Virus record (IMG/VR): IMGVR_UViG_3300027631_002940
Source of the DNA: an uncultured virus (IMG/VR IMGVR_UViG_3300027631_002940)
Lineage: Duplodnaviria; Heunggongvirae; Uroviricota; Caudoviricetes
Strand: one strand, 5' to 3'
DNA length: 64,000 nucleotides
The first letter of the stretch is position 1, and every line of letters begins with the position of its first letter. This document shows, one piece after another, positions 21,001 to 31,600 of this stretch. The notes under the pieces were generated by a model. It ran no database searches, was not told where the DNA came from, and worked only from the letters and a program-made list of their open reading frames with translations. The position numbers and the translations under genes were made by a program.

Positions 21001-22863
21001 GTTTCCAAGATTTAAAAGATCTGCATTTGGGATACTTACATAGTCGTTAGTTCCGTCAAAAACTAATTGGCCCTTATTCTTCGCTAAATACCCTACACCG
21101 TTATTAAGAGTGCCAGTGTAATTGTTAACTAAAGAATTGATAGTTGTCCCGGATCCAATGTAAGATTTATAATATCCAGGGTCAATATTTAAAAGTAATC
21201 CAGTTTGAACAATATCTGGATACATTTCTTTAGCTGGTAGATAGTTTACATTATTTAAAGCTTGTACTTGGAATCTTGGAGACAAAGCATCATAATTGAA
21301 TTTTCTTTCTCCTTCAGTTAATACTCTTGAATAGAATCTTAAGTTGCTTATTTGACCGTTAAGAGTAAAGCTACCTTGTCTATATCTGCCTAATAATAAA
21401 GTTAAACTGGAAGGTATGAAAGTATGATTTGCAGTTCCAGCAGATACATTGTTAACATAATAATTAATAGAACCATTGCTATATGTGACAGAAAGAAAAT
21501 ACCAAACATTAGATTGTAAAGTTACAGTAGAAAATGTAAATTGCTGAGAAGGGAAAACCTGCAAAATCATTTTAGATTGGTATATTTCTATATGATATCC
21601 TCTCTCAGGGCTTTGTCCATAATTATTTGTATTGAAAATTACTTGTTCTAAAGCTATATTGTTAGATTTAAACCAACATTCGAAAGTAAAGTTATCAGCA
21701 TTATTTACTGCACTATTATAAGGAAATTCGATATAGTCATTCGCTCCATCAAAATTCCAAACACCGCCAAAGTTTGTAGAGAACCCAACTCCATTATATA
21801 ATACACCTTCAACATCTCCACCAATATAATTTGTTGAGAGACCTAGAGGCATAATCATAGATCTTAGAATAGAAGGATTATCATTTGGCTTAGGTGATAT
21901 TACTTTAGTTCCAGAGCTAGGGTATGAATAAAGATTTCCAGCATCAATATCTAATACTAAATCTTGTGTTATTTTTTCTGGAGCACTTGGGTTTGTAAAG
22001 AATGGATAAAAGATCTTTGTTGACCAGATATAATTTTGTGTAACTTCTGCTTGGGCTAATTCTTTGTTGTAGATTCTTAAATAGCATACACGGACATTAG
22101 CATTATAATCGTTCCAAAATAATAAAGATGCACCTATTGTGAAAGAACCATTATTGAAAACAGCATTAGTATTATTATATGGACTTATTCTGTTTGATAA
22201 AGTTTGAAGATTGCCATTGATATACATTTTGCAATTTTCAACTTGATTACGTTTAAATACAAATGTAAAATGATTATATTCATTTTCATATGGTGCAGAT
22301 GTAACACCGTAAATATCATCTGCAACTGTATTAAAACCTACAAATCCATTCTTACAATAAATGCCATAACTATAACCATTAAAAACAAATGGAACAGTAT
22401 ATCCGGCTAAATCTCCAAAAAGTAAAATTTCAACAGTAACAGTATCTCCAGCAGTTGTGTCATTTATAGCAACAGTTCCAGTGGCATAATCTGTAGTACC
22501 AGAAAAATCAAAAGAATATGGAGATTTGACAGGACTGTTAAATAAAGTTATATTTGCATTATTTCCCGAAAGATCATACCAAGTGTTTCCTGTTCCTGGG
22601 TAAGAATCTTTTGAGAATGCATTTACATATAATTTTAATCCATCAGTAGTATATGTGTAAAATGGATTAGCGGATTTAGGTGAAAATGATTGAGCTACTG
22701 AGTATATTAATTCATTGTCAGATATGCTGTAAGTTAAGGCTGTTTGTACATAAGGGGTAGACGAAGTTAAGCTTACATTCCCGTTAAAATTTAGAGAAGT
22801 TGATGTTTGACTTGATGTGCTCGTGTAAATCGAAAATGAGCCATCTGAAATTATATCAGCTAT
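15022..22863 (-). CDS. Giant multi-LamG adhesin / tail-fibre protein (~2,613 aa), proposed ATA start
   Basis: The frame stays open for 212 codons upstream of the annotated ATG (22227) and encodes another LamG start (DGLKLYVNA..KDSYPGTGNTWYDLSGN). Six LamG-like domains, three copies of a second lectin-like domain, C-terminal ~23-aa repeats. Confidence 0.8.
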   Translation of the reverse strand: MADIISDGSFSIYTSTSSQTSTSLNFNGNVSLTSSTPYVQTALTYSISDNELIYSVAQSFSPKSANPFYTYTTDGLKLYVNAFSKDSYPGTGNTWYDLSGNNANITLFNSPVKSPYSFDFSGTTDYATGTVAINDTTAGDTVTVEILLFGDLAGYTVPFVFNGYSYGIYCKNGFVGFNTVADDIYGVTSAPYENEYNHFTFVFKRNQVENCKMYINGNLQTLSNRISPYNNTNAVFNNGSFTIGASLLFWNDYNANVRVCYLRIYNKELAQAEVTQNYIWSTKIFYPFFTNPSAPEKITQDLVLDIDAGNLYSYPSSGTKVISPKPNDNPSILRSMIMPLGLSTNYIGGDVEGVLYNGVGFSTNFGGVWNFDGANDYIEFPYNSAVNNADNFTFECWFKSNNIALEQVIFNTNNYGQSPERGYHIEIYQSKMILQVFPSQQFTFSTVTLQSNVWYFLSVTYSNGSINYYVNNVSAGTANHTFIPSSLTLLLGRYRQGSFTLNGQISNLRFYSRVLTEGERKFNYDALSPRFQVQALNNVNYLPAKEMYPDIVQTGLLLNIDPGYYKSYIGSGTTINSLVNNYTGTLNNGVGYLAKNKGQLVFDGTNDYVSIPNADLLNLGNSFTISAWVRINDLVNNLFQSFINTLDITSATKGFTFGWYRDAAYGINGKSIMLQFGVEAFAWNIYSSDTNSITDNNFHHIVVTALNINTNNPTVIFYIDGIQKNTTWWNNSTKRAINYNTDINNIRIGHYYTPSNPAYYNSFSSINLGNIKIYTTILSARDIRQNYLALYDRYNTQIKSGQQLYLDAGNNNSYSGSGTSILDISGNTRNGTLVNGVAFTSNYEGILTFDGTNDYISTDTINLSSTNIVTVSFWAKIENYRQVVGNSNCIIEFSSNYNNTSGGFNISYGDDSAVSFGGVYPITLAIKGNAGYNFATFSKTLVNDLDWHHWVCILDKSQSGLEVSLYIDGILRTPLITFINNNTNNFDNTNLFIGNRAFGNFSLSNIQVYNRALSFSEIQENYTAYATKFGKQGVGFLLGTTGLRNLNTPLPVSIISAENLPSHTFNNMFYDKFDYGLNLTIGDTNFYEFASDYGIQQFGMFNSWIYPIGFNSDPGAKYSFNIGLNSFLDYPGAPITNTASFERNGIYRAPSTPGNKVIAYNVLYPRGTTFFYSGYLKTNLYYETTGLTGIGFGLQGDVKLGYFAVIDVRNGTGETAAFQLRKDINNTVPIATDTAITIQTDRWYRITITWSSAGLITAKLYDGVGPLLSTITVTDTSYTTGYLGITSFSLSSFDNLSNLAAQFTTNAGNIASGESLSNLNYIQPGEVKIYPPSYTTSLITTGEILRLDGANYSGSTIWTDLSASANNGTLTNNPTYTTSNYGAIVFDGVNDFVTLGKDILSTRYTISAWFMLHVQPNNRYQDLFDSQYSGMLMNSGGGQFWYKNVSSYNLPFSFSFKFNTWYQISVVNGANTKSVYVDGDLVASVNDSSNYEPINNFIIGSNNGTSEFLSGKIAHIHAFNRALSSTEIKQNYDALRERYNNSSLFNQFYDQINNGDFFTFGDADYYLPMSEYGPGFGITQLFMPPALATSVVQAGVSGLGLSRVPGYDYKVAAYPAAYVPGSNFFWSGWVKTNPNYITTGHSGIGIGIQPSDKYSGYFAIIDVNNGSGAAASFQLKAGIYNAPIASATGLNITVDTWYRINMYWTTAGLVTAVLYDSYGAELATISSTSYLYSSGYCGLVSYSNSSFDNFTNFQSLRINNVGNITSLESLGLHVVKPGPVFISNVTEKSIVKTNLNLYLDAGKTTSYSGSGNAWNDISGNNNNLSFGSYTTIYDPTDGGGTFVFNGTYEGAITSNPSLNPQYFTLEMWLKFPTVPFSGIPYNKEGLYRLLVSEVFTSTVSTRLGATGWQAYNGVTTVKANTWHHCVATYSGQYVRIYLDGELDAEYLVNGGPSPDNSTSTLHIGAYLPGSYRFFGRISQVRLYSAALLPAQVKQNYEADVQRYGRSYILPKHTLKNLNTTFPTGIISSELLTTTHEFTNLFYEEFETASSLDFGDVVDYTKSETTSEIYGIANYNLPPGINAGATGFGLYWFTMGPLLKPYVKYTGLFGFGMKRIEGGSSNKVLVYKAVYKRSPTFFWSGFVKTYFDYTTTGLSGIGIAIQPNNIYNGYYAVIDVRNGSTPDTASFQLRNGINNTVPLSYISGLALQADKWYRITTSWNTNGVIIAKLYQQTGELIATLTTTDNTYTSGYMGLTSYSNSLFDNFTNIIDNRITNITTIQTAETLGIHKLDPGPVRLYPSNISTLEALGIHFIKPEGNKFLPVSILSSEILTSQFIQPGRVNISPSTFIDANAHGTPRLSPGEVRLFPETFRSLTRFGLHIIKPGIATIFHASLNNQNILGTHILKPGAVNISHQSLNNVNIFGNQKLQPGVVRIYPDTFVVPHLLGSHTVVPGPIFINPNTVESLEALSNANRLYNENKTRPTSIPTAESIGNVNFYLNINTSPQTILSAEALGSHRLRNVNYVNVPTLGEVTVVGTPKFIFVQRFGLLRVFVLTLGSIDTLTGDLGEIGLDVTLLRKIDTEITTIDYIRTVVDNKYIMTIKLDTSGKTPPNI
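15250..16050 (-). repeat. About 11-12 tandem ~23-aa repeats (PG.V.I.P.(S/T)I.S.E.LG.H.I.)
   Basis: e.g. PGPVRLYPSNISTLEALGIHFIK, PGRVNISPSTFIDANAHGTPRLS, PGAVNISHQSLNNVNIFGNQKLQ. Boundaries approximate. Confidence 0.75.
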
Positions 22864-22873
22864 TTTCTTATCC

Positions 22874-25279
22874 TCAGACTAAAGTAATTTTAGCATATAC
22901 ATCAGTACTTGGTAAATAATGAGAAGCTGTAAATCTTCTTTTAGCACCTAACATATTAGGCCCGACACCATTTATCCAAGATGATCCATTCCAATATTGA
23001 AAAGAACCATTTATATTTTCTGTGCTGTATGCTGTAAATACTTCTTCATCTGATTCTGATAGGTAATATGTTATCTTTAAATTACCCAAAGTATTTAGTA
23101 CACTTGTTTGTTCAAATCCTATAATTGATGATGAAGAATTAGAATCATATAAATTCCATTCAAAACCAGTTGGCAAATCATCATCTACAAAATAAGATAT
23201 TGATAATCCATATATTCTATTAGGCACGGATGCTTTACCTAATACTCTAAATTCAAACATGAATTGTATATTATCTTTAGGCATTATAAATGACATGTCA
23301 AAGCTATCATTTAACAGACTCCAATCACCAGTATCATCAGATATACCTTCTGTTCTAAAGTATACTCTAAAAGGTTCTGGCATAGATCCTAAATCATGAC
23401 TACCTAATATTTCTGGATGATGCACTAATAATTTATTGAATTTAGTTATATGACTTGTATCAATAGAATGAGTAATAATTCTGGCATTATTTCTCGAAGC
23501 AAATCTCCAATCAGCTTCTCCTGGGAATACGCCTAATTTATATTGATTTGCTACATAATACCAAAGGCCATCTGATATATTGAAGTTTAAACTTTCTCTA
23601 AGATGCGAAACAGTATCTTTTGATGGCATTCTATAATCTGAATTTTCACCATTAATTTCTCCAAATTCAGTATAGTAATAGGGGTAATTTGTGTCATATG
23701 GCAATACCGCATTTGTAGATCCAGAAAATAACATTTGTTCTAGGTTTGGTATATATCTTGCATTAGATGGCCCTACATTATTATAGCCTCTATAAGCATT
23801 CCCTAGAGACCTTACATAACCATGATCTTGGCCAAATAAATCAGCATCTTGTTTTAAATCATTTAAATCTATTCTTTGTAATACTGTAGCACTTCCACTT
23901 CTAAAATAAATATTATGTTTATTTCTTCCTGGACCAGTTGGTAAGCAAAACATTCTTAAAGTATCAGCTCCATTGATGCAGTCATAACTTTTAGTTATAA
24001 ATTTAAAAGCACTAGTTGATTCTCCAGCTGTAAGAGTAAGAGGAGCTTCAGCATCAAAACAAGCAATTCTGATTGTGTTACCTTGGTCTATTAAAACATA
24101 AAATATATGTTCATCATTAGATGTCTTTGGTAATGCAGCTAATGACCAACCATTTATTATAAGATTAGTTCCTGGATTTATTATTCTGTAAGTGGCTCTA
24201 ATTCTATCAACAGTAGTAGCAAATGGAACAGTATTATTGTGTTTCATGAATGTAAAATTCATGCCTTTTGTTATATAAACTCCACCTAAATTATAAGGGC
24301 TTGTATTCCAATAATTTGCGCTTATCATACTTACTTCTTCAATAATGTATGGTGAATTTTGAGGATATGTTTTACTCAATGTTTCAGTAAGTGTTAATGA
24401 TGTATCTGAAATAATAGATGCTACTTCATACCATTCTGTAATAGTTTCCGGATTAGTAGATCCAAACCCAATTCTACTTCCTATGCTAAATTTTAAAGAA
24501 CTAAATTTAGTATTTGTACCTGTTACAGTATTACCCGAAACTGTAACATATCCATCAGATGAGGAATCTACAAATATATTAGCATCATATATATACATAT
24601 TATTAGAGACTCTAAAAAATATATTTACTACTCCGCCTTGATAGAATTTATTTTCTTTACGATTATAGATCATATATAGTATATTTTGAGTACTGGATAC
24701 ATTTGTCATAAATATATAATCTAAATTTTTTGTGTATCTTATAACTTTAAACATAAAATTAAATGCATTGTTATAATAGTTTGCTGCATTAAAAATATGT
24801 TCTAATCTTAATGGTGATACATAATTATCATATTTATTTGCACCTGAATATCTATTCATAAGATATCCAAGATTTACATAAGATGAATCATAACCTGTAG
24901 AATTATAACCTTGATGAGTGATAGAAGTGGGTGCTGTACCAATATCGTCATAATGAAAATGATCGTATATATTAGCTAAAAATACATAAGATCCATTCAC
25001 TAATTTATATAGTTTATAATAATTAGTTAGTTCAGATTGATTCCAAAATATTCTGACATAATTGGATGAAGATAAGGATGAATTTGAATTATATGTAATA
25101 ATTTCATCAGATAAATCAGATTCACCATCATTTGTTACGATTGATAATTTATAACTATATGATGTATTACCAGGTGTTCCAATATTATCATATCTACTAA
25201 ATACAGGAGCTTTTACAGGAATATAATTTCTATAATTTAAGCTTGAATCAAATGTAAAATCTATACTTTCAATAGCCAT
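22874..25279 (-). CDS. Fibre/receptor-binding-like paralogue 6 (core module only, 801 aa)
   Basis: Shared blocks: GT.G.TSYSY...YDDIG, GSRIGFGST.P..ITEWY, PFATTVD, RTEGISDDTGDW, FEWNL.DSN, GAKRRF. Confidence 0.75.
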   Translation of the reverse strand: MAIESIDFTFDSSLNYRNYIPVKAPVFSRYDNIGTPGNTSYSYKLSIVTNDGESDLSDEIITYNSNSSLSSSNYVRIFWNQSELTNYYKLYKLVNGSYVFLANIYDHFHYDDIGTAPTSITHQGYNSTGYDSSYVNLGYLMNRYSGANKYDNYVSPLRLEHIFNAANYYNNAFNFMFKVIRYTKNLDYIFMTNVSSTQNILYMIYNRKENKFYQGGVVNIFFRVSNNMYIYDANIFVDSSSDGYVTVSGNTVTGTNTKFSSLKFSIGSRIGFGSTNPETITEWYEVASIISDTSLTLTETLSKTYPQNSPYIIEEVSMISANYWNTSPYNLGGVYITKGMNFTFMKHNNTVPFATTVDRIRATYRIINPGTNLIINGWSLAALPKTSNDEHIFYVLIDQGNTIRIACFDAEAPLTLTAGESTSAFKFITKSYDCINGADTLRMFCLPTGPGRNKHNIYFRSGSATVLQRIDLNDLKQDADLFGQDHGYVRSLGNAYRGYNNVGPSNARYIPNLEQMLFSGSTNAVLPYDTNYPYYYTEFGEINGENSDYRMPSKDTVSHLRESLNFNISDGLWYYVANQYKLGVFPGEADWRFASRNNARIITHSIDTSHITKFNKLLVHHPEILGSHDLGSMPEPFRVYFRTEGISDDTGDWSLLNDSFDMSFIMPKDNIQFMFEFRVLGKASVPNRIYGLSISYFVDDDLPTGFEWNLYDSNSSSSIIGFEQTSVLNTLGNLKITYYLSESDEEVFTAYSTENINGSFQYWNGSSWINGVGPNMLGAKRRFTASHYLPSTDVYAKITLV

Positions 25280-28200
25280 TATATTCCCCTGTAAATTTTG
25301 ATATTATATGAAGTAACAGGCATAGATGAGGTTACTACAAATCTTCTTCTAGTTCCGATAATATTAGCTCCTATACCGTTGACCCAGCCATTATTATAAT
25401 ATTGGAAATAACCATATGTTGATTCTGTACTTAATTGCTTAAATATTAAATAATCATTTTGTTTGTCATATATTTCTATAGCTAAATAATTTAATGATTC
25501 AAATAAAAATTTCTGTTTGAATCCTATAATATTGTTATTTAAATCAGTGTCTTGTAAACTAAAAGTTAGTTCTTTTGGTAAATATTCATCTGTTTCATAT
25601 GATAATGACAATGAATATAATCTAGCAAAAACCATGATTTTTTTCATGATTTTAAATTCGAACATGAACTGAATATTATCAGCTGGTTGAATAGCGGACA
25701 TATCATTATTTTCTATAAGAGTCCATTTACCAGAATCATCATCGATACCCATAGTTCTTACATATATTTTATATGGGTCTGGTCTAATGCCATATGCTTC
25801 ATCATATAAATTTAATGAATTCTGGACATACACTTTTTTATATAAAGTGGCATTCATAGTAGAAAGCTTAGGTAATACTAATCTATTTTTTGTGAGCTCT
25901 GCAATACACGCCTCTGCATATTGGGGCCATATTAATACACTGTTTTTACGACCTTGTAGATGAACGTTAAAATAATGTAAACCTTCGTCAGAATTTTGAT
26001 ATATAGGTAAATTCCAAACGTAATTGTAATCACCGTTTAAAGGGAACTTATAAATAGGTGATTCATGTGAGCTTCCAGCTATATTTGAAGAATATTTATC
26101 TGTAATACCTATATTTATAAGACCTTCAAATCTATATAAAAAAGATTGTCTATTGACAGTAGCAAAATATAAATCTAAATTATTATCATAGCAGTTTTGG
26201 TCAGGTGTTGTTCTAGATTCCAATATAGCATAGTTTTCTCCACCTTGTCGCATAAATTTCATTTTATCTAAATAAATATCAGTGGCATTATTTTTAATCT
26301 TATCTACATCAACTATATAATTCCATGAGTTATCTACAGTGATCATAATATTTCTATTAGCATAAGGTCCAGATTTAGGTGTATGCACTCTTGATAAGAA
26401 ATATGTTTGACTATTTTGAGCAAAGACATTAGCTGTCATTGCTAAAGCTGCTATTGTAGACGTTCCTGCGACAAGATCAGTGAGAGAAGCTCTTACATTA
26501 AATTTATAAAATCTATTTGTACGACTGGCTATGTAATTATTTCCATAAACAAAATGAGTAGTATTTGTATACTTTTCATCTGTTCCTATATACATATCAT
26601 TAGGCGGTGTAGTAGGATGGGTCAACCTATAAACAGCTCTTTGGTTATCTACAGTAGTTGCCATAGGAATCGAATTTCCTAAATTAATTCTAAATAACCC
26701 AAAATGTAATCCTTTAGCAACGTATAATCCAGCTTGATTAAATGGAGATACTGTCTGTCTAGAGGATGCCATAATCCTTAGTTCCTCAATGACATAAGGT
26801 GTATTTGAATTAATAGTACCAGCTGAGGCATTTATTGTTATCGAGGTGTTAGAATTTATAGCTGTGATATCATACCAAGTTGTAATAAATCTTGCTTCTG
26901 TAGAGCCAAACCCTATTCTAGCTCCTACAGCTATTCTGTCTGACACCCAAGAAGTATTGACACCTGTTACTGATGTTCCAGATACGGAAACAGTACCATT
27001 ATTATGATAATATAATTCTGCTAATGGACCACCATAAACAGTCATATTAGATGTAGGACTTAAATTTAAATCTAATCTACCAACATATAAGAATTCATCT
27101 ATCTTTTTAAAATGTTTGAATAAATATAATTGTCTTATTTGTCCAGCAGAAGAAGAATAATATACCAGTACATAATTGAAGTCATCATTATATTCAAATA
27201 CTCTAATTAAATCTGTCCAGTTCCCAACATAATCTAATGGAATATGATATACTTTTTTAGGTCCAACAAAATTATCATAATGTTTTTCGCCCGTGTATTT
27301 CTTGATTAATGGACCTAAATTAAGTTTGTTTGGGTTGTATCCTGATGTATTTATTGAGGGAAATAATGTTGTTGGAGTAGCAGAGCCAATATCATCATAA
27401 TAATTTGTATTAGTAACACTAGCTAATAATCTTTCGTTATCTTTTGTTCTTCCGTATATTTTATATCCAGTAACATTTCTTAATGATTTCCATGTTATTC
27501 TGTTAAAATTAGACGAATTTAAAGTGCTATTTCCATTATTGATGATTATTTGATTTGATGTAGATTCACCAAAGCTATCGTATGCTGTAACTCTGTATGA
27601 ATATGTCGTAGATCCTGAAGTACCAAATACTGTCACTGATGATATAGGATTATCTAATGATTTATAATTTGCAAATTGTGTTTCTTTGTTAAAATCATAT
27701 TCTATAATTTTTGATTTTTTATTAGATAGCTTTAGAACATTATTCTTTTTGATATTTATATTTTGTGGAACTGTTGGAGCTTGTATTGAATTTAAATAAA
27801 ATCTAATAGGCCCATTCAGATAATTATTTCCAAAAGATTCTCCCGTGCTAATTGCTGGAGCTCCCAATGTTCTGTAATTAGTAACAGGCAAGCTATAAGA
27901 AATAGGTTCAGCATATACAGATTTCGGATTATCATATAAGCTCTGTATTTCATCGATATTTAAAGCTCTATCAAATATTAAAAAATCTCTTACCGTACCG
28001 TTAAAATATTCTCCGCCGTATCCATAGCCTACTCTTAAGGGATAATTTCTATATCCTCCGGGCCAAATTCCAGTATTATTTCCTTGAGCTTGAAGTTTTC
28101 CGTTGACATATAATCTAACTACAGAACCATTCCATGTGCCAACTAAATGATACCAAGTATTTCCTAAAAGCCCTGTATTATATATTGGATTTGTTTGTCC

Positions 28201-28605
28201 AGCTGTAGTACCTACACCAAAATACAGCCTTTCAGATCCTCCACCTTGCGAAAGATAAACAGAAATATTATGGCCAGCATCACCAATAACAAAAATCTTT
28301 TTATATGTGGCTTCAAATGCTACAGTTTTATATACCCAAATAGAAAATGTAAGAGAATTAAATGGAATAAAAATTCTTGTATTTTCACTATAGTCATTAC
28401 TTCCATCAAAAGTAAGCCCTCCTCCATTAGAGGCAGACCATGTAGGACCATTAATTAAAGTTAAATTTCTTTGTGAAACTAAATCGTGAGCAATATTACC
28501 CATTTGATCATTAAAAGGATAACAAGCAATTAATCCATGCGTAACTGGGTTATTGTAATTGATTGTAGATCCAATGGGCGGTCTATATGATGGGTATGTG
28601 CTCAT
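25279..28605 (-). CDS. Fibre/receptor-binding-like paralogue 5 (LamG + core, 1108 aa)
   Basis: N-terminal PPIGSTINYNNP..HGLIACYPFN LamG domain (WYHLVGTWNG..VRLYVNG), then the shared core blocks. Confidence 0.75.
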   Translation of the reverse strand: MSTYPSYRPPIGSTINYNNPVTHGLIACYPFNDQMGNIAHDLVSQRNLTLINGPTWSASNGGGLTFDGSNDYSENTRIFIPFNSLTFSIWVYKTVAFEATYKKIFVIGDAGHNISVYLSQGGGSERLYFGVGTTAGQTNPIYNTGLLGNTWYHLVGTWNGSVVRLYVNGKLQAQGNNTGIWPGGYRNYPLRVGYGYGGEYFNGTVRDFLIFDRALNIDEIQSLYDNPKSVYAEPISYSLPVTNYRTLGAPAISTGESFGNNYLNGPIRFYLNSIQAPTVPQNINIKKNNVLKLSNKKSKIIEYDFNKETQFANYKSLDNPISSVTVFGTSGSTTYSYRVTAYDSFGESTSNQIIINNGNSTLNSSNFNRITWKSLRNVTGYKIYGRTKDNERLLASVTNTNYYDDIGSATPTTLFPSINTSGYNPNKLNLGPLIKKYTGEKHYDNFVGPKKVYHIPLDYVGNWTDLIRVFEYNDDFNYVLVYYSSSAGQIRQLYLFKHFKKIDEFLYVGRLDLNLSPTSNMTVYGGPLAELYYHNNGTVSVSGTSVTGVNTSWVSDRIAVGARIGFGSTEARFITTWYDITAINSNTSITINASAGTINSNTPYVIEELRIMASSRQTVSPFNQAGLYVAKGLHFGLFRINLGNSIPMATTVDNQRAVYRLTHPTTPPNDMYIGTDEKYTNTTHFVYGNNYIASRTNRFYKFNVRASLTDLVAGTSTIAALAMTANVFAQNSQTYFLSRVHTPKSGPYANRNIMITVDNSWNYIVDVDKIKNNATDIYLDKMKFMRQGGENYAILESRTTPDQNCYDNNLDLYFATVNRQSFLYRFEGLINIGITDKYSSNIAGSSHESPIYKFPLNGDYNYVWNLPIYQNSDEGLHYFNVHLQGRKNSVLIWPQYAEACIAELTKNRLVLPKLSTMNATLYKKVYVQNSLNLYDEAYGIRPDPYKIYVRTMGIDDDSGKWTLIENNDMSAIQPADNIQFMFEFKIMKKIMVFARLYSLSLSYETDEYLPKELTFSLQDTDLNNNIIGFKQKFLFESLNYLAIEIYDKQNDYLIFKQLSTESTYGYFQYYNNGWVNGIGANIIGTRRRFVVTSSMPVTSYNIKIYRGI

Positions 28606-31600
28606 CTTATTTTAATTTTTACTTTCCCTAAAGAATCTAAAACTCCTGTATTAAATACAAATCTTCTCTTTACACCAGTATAATTCGTTTCATCCTTAAA
28701 ATCTAAATGTAATACACAATATTTACTATAAGAATTATTTCTGAAATTATTCCATTGTGTGTATATTTTTGTATCTAGTAAATAAATATCAGTCACACCT
28801 ATTGCTTGAGATGTGTAAATATAATTAGATACATCATTAAATCCATTAATAGCTAAGATACAATATCCAGGACCAGGACTGTTACCCGTAAGTATTCTGA
28901 ACGGATGATAACCAGCTGTAGCATAATATGTTGCAACTACTGGTGTACTAGAGGCTGATGCAAAATATATTAAAGAGTTTGCTGCTGAATAATTTTCTTC
29001 TAATGCAGCAGATCCGACATATAATCTACCTTCATCATCATTAGCTAAAGAAATAGAAACTGTTTGATCAGTAGTAACATATAAATATCCGAAAAATTCA
29101 TAACTTGTATATTCTGGTACAGCACTATTATTCATATTAGTTACAACAGTAGTTGCAGTAGGTGCATTCGTTTTGAAATATGATAAATTACCACCCCAAT
29201 AGCTTCCAAATGTTTTTCTTGTAAATCCAACAAGACTACTTCCATCCGGAGCTGAAGTTGCTGTTTGTATTGAATTTAATGCATATCCTTTTAAAATAAA
29301 TAAATTATCTAGATATCCTTTCATATAAGAATTTACATTTGAAATATTTCCACATCCAATATTTAATGTATTAGTAGTGTTATTAAATATTGTAGTATTT
29401 GTAACTTTATTTTTTCTTGTCCCATTTAAAAAGGTACATATTTCTCCATTTTTTCTAAAAACAGAAATCCTATTCCAATCATTTAATAATTCTGATAAAT
29501 TGCAGATTTCAATAAATGTATTAGCACTACTATTCCCAATATAAAATACTAACTTATCTACACTAGAATTTGTTTCTTTCCCAATTTCCCAACCACTATC
29601 TCTACCTGCTCCCCCAAAACTCAAAATTCTAAAAGATGATCCGCCAAAATCAGATAATGAGAATGGTTTATAGAAAAATTCAATATGAAAATCTGTGTCA
29701 AAATTATAATCCCTAGAATTACCAGTTGATATATAACTGTTATTGAAATAAACTGAATTTGCACTGTTTTTCTTTTGTGATGAAATAAATGTATTATTAG
29801 AATTAATTATTTTTTTACTACTTGACTTGTCTGAAATTTGTCCAGTAGTCCATAAGTTCATGTATGTTTCTAATTTTCCATACGTAACATTTTCAGAAGA
29901 TTGACTAGCATAAAGAGTATCATTGTTGTAAATATCAATAGTATATGGTAATCCTGTATTTAGCATATGATTTTGGTTTAAATAAATTGTATTACTATTA
30001 CTAATTGTGTTTTTAGTATCAAAATCAAAATCAATAGCTGTGTCACGATTATAAATAACGGTCAGGCTATGAATTCTTGCATAAATTCCTGATCCTCCAA
30101 TAGTTTTGAACATGATCTTGAATTGAATTTTATCAGTTGCAGTAAAAGATGATAAATTCTTTGCATCAGATATTAATGTCCAAGATCCTGAATCATCGAC
30201 CATACCAGTGTTTCTAGCATATATTTTAAAAGTATCAGCTGTTATTCCTTGTTCCAAATCTCCAAGATAATCATCATATTCTATAAATAATTTATCAAAT
30301 CCAATATTATCTGGGCATGAAATTATCGGAGTTATTGCAAAACATTTAAATTTATCCGCTAAGGTATAATCTGCACAATAGATTTCAGGATAAATAGCAT
30401 TATTGTCTGTTCTATAGTATATGCCTTCAACACATACACCATATTGTCTAACTTGGTTTCTTAATGTTGAGTATGAGTTTGGGCGAATAGTGTTATCCAT
30501 TGAGTCTCTATAAAGACCATACCCACCTCCGAAACCTATAAATCCATCTGAAGGTCTATTTGTAACACTGAATTCTAATATTTCACATTTATTGCCCTGC
30601 CTATAAGAAAGATATCTACCCATCCCAAATTTATCAGTGAACGGGTCATAGGACATATCCATATAGGAAGTTAGACCAATAGACTCGTCATTCATATTAG
30701 TAACGACATTTGCTCTTTCATAAATGTAACTTTTCCCATTCTCGATCGAATATTCTGGGACTCTAAATAAATAACGATAATCATAATGATAATAAAGTGA
30801 ATTTACGCCTTTGCCTGTACTGTGATTGACATTAGCAAAACATCCTACTCTACTATCTCTACCCATGACATTTAAGGGACTATGATCCACTTCTAATGTT
30901 TTGAATAAATAAGCAGATGTTGATCTTCCTGATGATAAACCTGTGAGAGGCGCTCTAATATTAAATTTGTAAATAGAGCCACGTAAGTTACTTGATATGT
31001 TTGATATCATAGTATACATATATTGTGTCTGATTATCAATTTTTGGGCCTAAAAATGCGAAAGCAGAATTATACATAGTAGATGTCATAGCATCTGATAA
31101 TATGTATGTAGCTCTTTGGTTATCTACAGTAGTAGCCATTGGTACTGTAAAGTTATTTAAATCAAAGAAATTGTAATTAATTCCTTTAGTTATAAAAATA
31201 CCGTTGTTAGCAGCAACGTAATTTGTTTGAACAAGATTTTGAATAAATCTGATTTCTTCAATTACGTAAGGTGTATTAGCTGGTACATTATTTTGTAAAG
31301 CTTCTGTTATAGTAATATTTGTATTTGAATTAATTGCAGTAATTTGATACCATGTTTTAATCAAACTAGCATCTTTAGAACCAAAACCAATTCTAGCCCC
31401 TACTGCAATTTGATCAGTCACCCAAAGAGTGTTAGTTCCTGTTACAGTAGATCCAGTGGCAGATATCGTTCCAATGTTATGTCTGTCTACAGTCACTTTG
31501 AAAAAATCATCAAAATAGTTGTTTGGTCTCGGTAAATAGATTCTTCCTTTATAATACTTGTCATCTGTTTTTGTATTATGTTCATATAAACCTATTGTAT

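Noticed and set aside
22204..22873. Long non-coding region or ncRNA, and the 68-aa + strand ORF
   Set aside because: The region is the in-frame 5' extension of the giant - strand gene.
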